Below, piece by piece: positions 60,801 through 64,000 of a DNA stretch of 64,000 nt; position 1 is the stretch's first letter, and each line of letters starts with the position of its first letter. A model generated the notes under the pieces. That model had not been told where the DNA came from. It did no database searches and worked only from the letters and a program-made list of their open reading frames with translations. Position numbers and translations under genes: made by a program. Source of the DNA: Bispira polyomma (taxonomy: Eukaryota); the NCBI GenBank assembly GCA_965649765.1, contig OZ287751.1, forward strand, positions 28,644,001 through 28,708,000, written 5' to 3'.

Positions 60801-62716
60801 ACTGGTAAACTTAATCAGAAAATTTATATTCCTTCAGAATATTCATTTCAAACGGATCATCTTTACCCATTTGAGATTTTGTTTCAGACTATTGAGTCAG
60901 TCATTAGAGCAATAAACTCAAAGTGAACACATACTGTTATTGATGAAACTCTTATTAGCACATTTTGAACCTTATATATATTAGAGCATTTTAATTCCAA
61001 CAATTTACAATAAGACATCTCGCAAAGATCAATCAAGAACAGTGTCACATTAAAAATGAAATAATACCAATTTTATACATGTGTAGGCAACTTAGCTTTT
61101 CTTACCGTTCTCTTCTCCAGATGAACATTTTCTACCACCAGTTGGAAGGGGAATCTGAGGAAGGGCTGGAGATTAATGTGGTATCAACATCAGCAAACCA
61201 AGAGGTTCAAACACAAGTTTGTGTTAGGTAAGGTTTCTCAGAAAAGCTCTGAAAGTATTTATGCCAAGGCGACAACTGTATTGCTAAAGCTGGTTTTCTT
61301 TCTATAAATTTTGGGCATAATTTGTTTGCATGGTGTCATCATAAGAATAATGTAATGATTTTCATAAGGTATAGCAACACCATATATCACACCTGCTGTT
61401 GTTTATGCTAAGGCAGATGAAATGTTGTATTGCCATATTTATCCGAATAAATTCCCTGGGGTGATGCAACAATGGCCACTAACTGATAAAAACACAAAAA
61501 CGCTTTTGTGGGACAACAGACATTTTCTTCACTTAAAAAAAGAAAACCAACTAAAGATAGTTCACCTTAAGGTTTTGACTGTAGTTAAAATATATTTTTT
61601 TAGTCCTAATTTTAACTCCCCTTTGGGCAATGAATCTACAGTACAATGTTGTATTATCATAGTTGTTTTGTATAATGTCACACAGATGAGAATTGGTCAT
61701 TAATATGTCATATATATTCAATTCCATTGGTCAATGAGTGTTCAGGTACTATGGTTGCCAAATTTTACTCAAACAAAGTTATTCTAGCATGATCATGCAT
61801 CCGGTTCAGATGTGCAATGAAATCATAAAACCGAGTTGCTCCATGACAAATATCAGTCTTATCAAAATATTATTACATATTCTAGTAGTCTTACCTTGAA
61901 CATTTCAATGTTTAGATGGGTTCGTGAGGAGGAAAGTGGAATGGTTGTTATAGAGATGGGCCTTCCTACTGCTTACGTACCTGTCACAGAGACTCTGTTA
62001 GCAGAGTATGGTCACCTAGGACTGAAGAGATATGAAGTGACTGACAGAAAGCTGGTTCTCTACTTGGATGAGGTAATTCAGCTCCTGTGCCTTTAACTTA
62101 TCCCACATTTTAACAAGAGTTGTCTTTTAAAAAAGACATAGGTGCACAATAGTGTGAAATACAATAACATTGATGTGGCCACTATATACTCAGGCCCTAG
62201 GCTTCACCTGACAACAATAAATCTGATACCATTCATTTTGGACGATTCGATTGCTTCCAACCAATCCATGAAGGCCTTACATATTTTATGACGTCAACCA
62301 TATTTTTCTTACCCTTTTTTGGAATGACAACAATATCAGGCTGTGCCTGAATAAAAACATATACTAAACTATTTGTGAACACAGCATCTGACATACAGTA
62401 GATCGAACCTCTATTATCTAAACATGTTACTGGAGAGCAAAATTTTGATGGTTCATCAAAAAGAATAAGAATTTTAACCCATATAGGTTGTAATCTATGG
62501 GTTATAATATTAACCCAACCTGTTAGTATGAATGTCTGTGTGCATTGATGAAAATATTCCCGATTGTATCTGTACAATACTAATACAAGACCTGTGTGTT
62601 TACTATTTGACAGGTGACAGTGAGTGAGTTGTGTATGTCAGTGACATCTGTCAATGTATCTCCTGTGTCCAACTTGCAAGAGGCTATGGTCCTTGTCTAC
62701 CAGTACTATACTCCAG
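9825..62716 (+). CDS. CD109: Thioester-containing protein (alpha-2-macroglobulin family, CD109-like / invertebrate TEP); 36 coding exons in window, 3' end beyond window
   Basis: Hand-spliced exons chain with consistent phases (35 GT donors, 1 GC donor) into about 1463 codons with no stop. Family motifs: signal peptide, [96 protein letters not shown], and a C-terminal receptor-binding/MG8 region. The symbol means 'CD109-like'; orthology is not established. Confidence 0.95.
10950..11139. mobile_element. Tc1/mariner-pogo-type MITE (CAGT termini, TA TSD); family copies also at about 10700-10902, 24314-24505, 25320-25504, 25569-25760, 53015-53205
   Basis: ta|cagtggaacctctattatc ... atagaggttctactg|ta. 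Confidence 0.85.
12393..12571. mobile_element. MITE with TIR taaagggctctacagacttcccacgaca
   Basis: About 28-bp imperfect TIRs. Confidence 0.75.
12921..13084 (+). CDS. TEP exon 2 ([20 protein letters not shown]..., MG1)
   Basis: poly-T-ag acceptor, g|gtaagc donor, typical MG1 start. Confidence 0.92.
16427..16452 (+). CDS. TEP exon 3, 26-nt microexon (EMQDIITLE)
   Basis: T-tract-ggcag acceptor, gag|gtaagt donor; supplies the phase 1 to phase 0 change needed between exons 2 and 4. Confidence 0.8.
17819..17978 (+). CDS. TEP exon 4 (IPEQLTG...[12 protein letters not shown])
   Basis: MG2 TDKxxYKPG motif; canonical splice sites. Confidence 0.93.
18034..18767. mobile_element. GC-rich non-autonomous DNA transposon with TIR tggtggttccac
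   Basis: tggtggttccac ... gtggaaccacca termini; abrupt rise in GC and CpG; no credible ORF. Confidence 0.7.
19116..19186 (+). CDS. TEP exon 5 ([24 protein letters not shown])
   Basis: ttcag acceptor, acg|gtatat donor, phases fit. Confidence 0.9.
20221..20349 (+). CDS. TEP exon 6 ([10 protein letters not shown]...[11 protein letters not shown])
   Basis: MG2 DPxxxRIKQW and LGxW motifs. Confidence 0.93.
21014..21053 (+). CDS. TEP exon 7 ([13 protein letters not shown])
   Basis: Joins exon 8 to give F-T-V-L-E-Y-V-L-P-K-F. Confidence 0.9.
21497..22891 (-). mobile_element. 5'-truncated L2/CR1-group LINE, reverse transcriptase and C-terminal region, decayed
   Basis: [59 protein letters not shown]; in-frame stops; (atcta)n tail at about 21497. 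Confidence 0.93.
22963..23047 (+). CDS. TEP exon 8 ([14 protein letters not shown]...)
   Basis: EYVLPKF hallmark motif. Confidence 0.93.
24157..24271 (+). CDS. TEP exon 9 (YTFGQPVKG...)
   Basis: MG3 YTFGxPVKG motif. Confidence 0.93.
25320..25504. mobile_element. Tc1/mariner-pogo-type MITE
   Basis: Intact TIRs flanked by TA. Confidence 0.85.
25842..25950. mobile_element. ~110-bp near-perfect hairpin MITE (also 9024-9134)
   Basis: gggcccgtatt...aata(t/c)gggccc, fold-back arms of about 45 bp. Confidence 0.8.
26232..26371 (+). CDS. TEP exon 10 ([10 protein letters not shown]...[13 protein letters not shown]...)
   Basis: tttacag acceptor; only the gc|gtaagt donor at 26371/26372 gives the phase 2 that exon 11 needs. 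Confidence 0.85.
26503..26713. mobile_element. MITE with TIR tagagtaaggaatc (also 15354-15550, partial at about 1430)
   Basis: Long imperfect terminal inverted repeats. Confidence 0.75.
26885..27178 (-). mobile_element. tRNA-derived SINE with CORE-like block
   Basis: ggttcgatcc B box followed by tgtacccttggacaaggtgctttac, resembling the CORE domain. Confidence 0.65.
27419..27578 (+). CDS. TEP exon 11 (...VKETLTGK...TPTTFKTGL)
   Basis: VxExLTG and FKxGL motifs of MG3/MG4. Confidence 0.92.
27860..28445 (-). mobile_element. L2-like 3' fragment (same family as 60076) interrupted by a SINE
   Basis: Colinear similarity with 60076-60400 on both sides of the SINE. Confidence 0.75.
28135..28388 (-). 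mobile_element. tRNA-derived SINE family A, 14-bp TSD
   Basis: A/B-box head; TSD ccttcttggtgggt at 28121-28134 and 28389-28402. Confidence 0.88.
28785..29005 (+). mobile_element. L2-like 3' tail, opposite orientation
   Basis: Reverse-complement match to 27860-28080. Confidence 0.7.
29240..29343 (+). CDS. TEP exon 12 (IWLKKVDNS...)
   Basis: Canonical sites, phases fit. Confidence 0.85.
30570..30880 (+). mobile_element. tRNA-derived SINE family B (relatives at about 5290-5550, 8705-8860, 19830-20110, 25795-26110)
   Basis: tggtctagtggttag head; shared gataacatc..ggcaagat and taaagatccttggggacg blocks. Confidence 0.7.
30963..31068 (+). CDS. TEP exon 13 (SYMDDKETW...YCEVN)
   Basis: Canonical sites, phases fit. 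Confidence 0.85.
31822..31926 (+). CDS. TEP exon 14 (VQFKYAETT...GPVQ)
   Basis: Canonical sites, phases fit. Confidence 0.85.
32402..32662 (+). mobile_element. tRNA-derived SINE family A
   Basis: tggcctagt..ggtttgactcc head, shared body, A-rich tail, degenerate TSD. Confidence 0.85.
32734..33038. mobile_element. piggyBac-type MITE (TTAA|CCC...GGG|TTAA); copies at 53844-54110 and about 51150-51740
   Basis: Termini, TSD and shared internal sequence. Confidence 0.75.
33521..33583 (+). CDS. TEP exon 15 (PDTTVLFNV...IYIQ)
   Basis: ttttag acceptor, cag|gtgaga donor. Confidence 0.87.
33680..35441. mobile_element. Two 879-bp non-autonomous TTAA-target DNA transposons in inverted orientation sharing one TTAA
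   Basis: TTAA at 33676-79, 34559-62 and 35442-45; TIR ggctttagtaacgtaaacac; internal sequences are reverse complements. Confidence 0.8.
36074..36280 (+). CDS. TEP exon 16 (FISKGKII...[10 protein letters not shown]...[14 protein letters not shown])
   Basis: MG5 SKGxI, LAP and DS motifs. Confidence 0.92.
36596..36745 (+). CDS. TEP exon 17 (...EPG...[20 protein letters not shown])
   Basis: MG6 / linker hallmark motif. Confidence 0.95.
37711..37830 (+). CDS. TEP exon 18 ([40 protein letters not shown], linker)
   Basis: ggcag acceptor, aga|gtaagt donor, 120 nt. Confidence 0.9.
38791..38839 (+). CDS. TEP exon 19 ([16 protein letters not shown])
   Basis: AGLxVxTD motif preceding the bait region. 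Confidence 0.9.
39307..39554 (-). mobile_element. tRNA-derived SINE family A, 13-bp TSD
   Basis: TSD agttctacaagag at 39294-39306 and 39555-39567. Confidence 0.88.
41066..41312 (+). CDS. TEP exon 20: bait region with Gly-X-Y run, then [10 protein letters not shown]
   Basis: attag acceptor, gg|gtgagt donor; translates [41 protein letters not shown]...[18 protein letters not shown]. Confidence 0.93.
42489..42655. mobile_element. Second CAGT/TA MITE family (also about 801-991, 56757-56931, 63778-63953)
   Basis: ta|cagttgaacccctttaagt ... acttaaaggggttcaactg|ta. Confidence 0.85.
42670..43870 (+). repeat. ~150-bp tandem array derived from the exon 21 acceptor and 5' half
   Basis: Exon-start copies at 42676, 42781, 42944, 43065, 43197, 43347, 43498, 43649 and the real exon at 43799. 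Confidence 0.92.
43799..43916 (+). CDS. TEP exon 21 ([23 protein letters not shown]...GLGIA)
   Basis: VPDTITSW hallmark; the only repeat copy that continues to a donor. Confidence 0.93.
44195..44535 (+). repeat. 52-53-bp tandem array derived from the exon 22 acceptor
   Basis: Six copies of ccctactttcag|ctgactgtctc upstream of the real site. Confidence 0.92.
44524..44637 (+). CDS. TEP exon 22 ([21 protein letters not shown]...FNYL)
   Basis: MG7 LPYSxxRGE and FNY motifs. Confidence 0.95.
45001..45099 (+). CDS. TEP exon 23 (GVVTLKAS...KEIF)
   Basis: Canonical sites, 99 nt. Confidence 0.88.
45712..46606 (+). repeat. ~60-63-bp tandem array derived from the exon 24 acceptor
   Basis: About 13 copies of ttattacag|gtagaatcagg(g)gat; the real site reads tattacag|gtacaatcaggtgat. 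Confidence 0.9.
46592..46720 (+). CDS. TEP exon 24 ([15 protein letters not shown]...[12 protein letters not shown])
   Basis: MG7 end motif DAxxxxxLVEPEG spans exons 24 and 25. Confidence 0.92.
46770..47770 (+). repeat. 32-bp minisatellite, about 31 copies
   Basis: Unit gtatagaccatgcaatataggaaactctttca. Confidence 0.95.
48961..49102 (+). CDS. TEP exon 25 (PEGEEQE...[13 protein letters not shown])
   Basis: CUB segment VxGS motif; phase-1 donor. Confidence 0.92.
50494..50670 (+). CDS. TEP exon 26 with intact thioester motif GCGEQ (50550-50564)
   Basis: [18 protein letters not shown]. Confidence 0.98.
51189..51454 (+). mobile_element. tRNA-derived SINE family A, poly(A) tail, 14-bp TSD
   Basis: TSD tttgatgcctaggt at 51174-51187 and 51455-51468. 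Confidence 0.9.
51773..51854 (+). CDS. TEP exon 27 ([19 protein letters not shown]...GST)
   Basis: Thioester-domain hallmark. Confidence 0.96.
52641..52764 (+). CDS. TEP exon 28 ([13 protein letters not shown]...)
   Basis: STWLTAFV hallmark. Confidence 0.96.
53461..53571 (+). CDS. TEP exon 29 ([13 protein letters not shown]...[11 protein letters not shown])
   Basis: Catalytic-loop region and LTAY motif. Confidence 0.95.
54626..54856 (+). repeat. Local tandem duplication, about 115 bp x2
   Basis: atattctctggg...aataactgggttattta occurs twice. Confidence 0.85.
55130..55310 (+). CDS. TEP exon 30 (...[14 protein letters not shown]...)
   Basis: Thioester-domain helix motif. Confidence 0.93.
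55329..55815 (-). mobile_element. L2-like LINE 3' fragment
   Basis: Same (atcta)n tail and ttttatagcgct end as the 21.5-kb element; remnant of LHWLP...LFEQAFPP. Confidence 0.75.
56757..56931. mobile_element. Second CAGT/TA MITE family copy
   Basis: TIRs and TA TSD. Confidence 0.85.
57805..58016 (+). CDS. TEP exon 31 (...VEMTSYSLL...[16 protein letters not shown])
   Basis: VExTSY and GGFxSTQ hallmarks. Confidence 0.96.
59614..59769 (+). CDS. TEP exon 32 ([10 protein letters not shown]...NALLLQSYE)
   Basis: STQ|DTVIALQA hallmark. Confidence 0.95.
60076..60535 (-). mobile_element. L2-like LINE 3' fragment (second family)
   Basis: Translates [11 protein letters not shown]...[17 protein letters not shown]...KKLKTHLF. 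Confidence 0.85.
60645..60707 (+). CDS. TEP exon 33 ([21 protein letters not shown]), GC donor
   Basis: AxGxGxAxxQ motif; donor cag|gcgagt. Confidence 0.88.
61121..61227 (+). CDS. TEP exon 34 (MNIFYH...QVCV)
   Basis: Canonical sites, phases fit. Confidence 0.88.
61916..62072 (+). CDS. TEP exon 35 ([14 protein letters not shown]...LVLYLDE)
   Basis: Receptor-binding/MG8 domain motifs. Confidence 0.94.
62614..62716 (+). CDS. TEP exon 36 (...[17 protein letters not shown]); gene continues past window
   Basis: VYxYYxP motif; phase-1 donor g|gtatgt; no stop codon reached. Confidence 0.92.
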
Positions 62717-64000
62717 GTATGTATGGAAACATGCCGTATTTTCTGCAATAAAAGCCCCCTCTCTAATTATAGTACACCCCCCCTACTTTTCAAGATATAT
62801 TTAAATCACCAAAGGCCTATATTTCATCAAGTCCCACACTAAAATATAATGGGAAATCGCAAGCACAGTCAAGCATCTTTCGCATTCTGTGGGTAGTTTA
62901 TTTGTTTTATACATAAATTACATTCTGTGAAGAGATCATTTTGTAGTGAATGTAAATTGTACATTGTTACATACTTATTATGCCCCCCTCAAATCAGTAT
63001 TTACCAGGGGTGTGACATCTATAGGCACCTGGTTAGTCAAAATCAGGCCAAATTTGTTGAGAAACCAAAGTAAAATTAGCGATTTGGGAACTCCAAAACC
63101 ATGTACATTCTTCTGGTGCTGCAGCAGACTTAAGGCCCACCGACAGTGGAGGTCCACCTAGAATTTAATGGTTAATATTTCTTAGACAAGTCTTTAATAT
63201 TTTAACATGAATACTGTCATATTGAAAGAAACAGGACACACAGAATGGGACAATATATATTGATAACCTTTTAAAAACATATTATTTTGTCGTATATTGC
63301 CCATTTTATGTTCATGATAAAGACATAAATTTTGATAAATTTTGCAAAATGTTAAATTCATAATTTACTCTGATATAACATATGTTCACTGCTGTATATA
63401 AATGACAGAGAAACCTCTCATGAAATCAGAATAAACATGGACTATTTAACCCCTTTGCCACTGATGGAGAGTAATTCTACTATACCGAGGGAGAAAACTT
63501 TGACCCACTTTCATGACATCGCAGATGATGTTTTTGCTACTACTTATTAGCTCACAAATTAAGACATATATTTAATTCAATACCAGAAATAGCGGCAAAC
63601 GATGCCCGTGATTCTTTAAATACACTTGCGTTTAATATTAAAGATAGAAGCATTGTTGGGTGTTTGCAAGCATTAAAACTTCCTAGATATACAATACTCT
63701 CAATCAACTGTGGTTTTTTGTGGAAATATTAAAATTATGATAGATATAATTAATCCAATTTACTGTATATATTTATACAGTTGAGCCCTGTTAACTGGAA
63801 TCTGAAGGGACCACAAAAAAAATTTCTACTTAACAGAAATTCTACTTAATAGTGGTAAATTTTAAATAGAAATATAGCAATTGGCCTTAAAATAACTTCA
63901 ACTTAACAGGTAATTCCACTTATCAGAATTCTAATAATAAAAGGGGTTATCTGTATAATGTACATTATTAAGATATATAGATAGAAAACTAGAGATAAAA

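Noticed and set aside
475-63161. Remaining short ORFs in the ORF track
   Set aside because: Low-complexity AT-rich intronic or repeat-derived frames with no recognisable motifs.

Overview
AT-rich animal (invertebrate, most likely molluscan/lophotrochozoan) genomic DNA, not prokaryotic. Most of the window (about 8.2-62.7 kb, + strand) is one spliced gene for a thioester-containing protein of the alpha-2-macroglobulin family, CD109/invertebrate-TEP type. I traced 36 coding exons whose splice phases all chain into one open frame (4390 nt, about 1463 codons). The gene runs off the right edge. It has a signal peptide, TDKxxYKPG, EYVLPKF, FPETWLW and an intact GCGEQ thioester. Two things stand out. 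(1) The bait region is a short collagen-like Gly-X-Y run containing GPLG, the position of the catalytic His holds Asn, and no furin site is visible. Together these suggest a CD109-like scaffold acting as a collagenase trap. (2) Seven exons are flanked by tandem, progressively decayed copies of their own splice junctions ('exon echoes'), and several of these keep the reading frame. A 5'-truncated, frameshifted two-exon ARL3 remnant lies head-to-head on the - strand (1.8-2.9 kb). The introns hold L2-type LINE fragments, tRNA-derived SINEs with target-site duplications, several MITE families, a 1.77-kb inverted transposon dimer and a 32-bp minisatellite.
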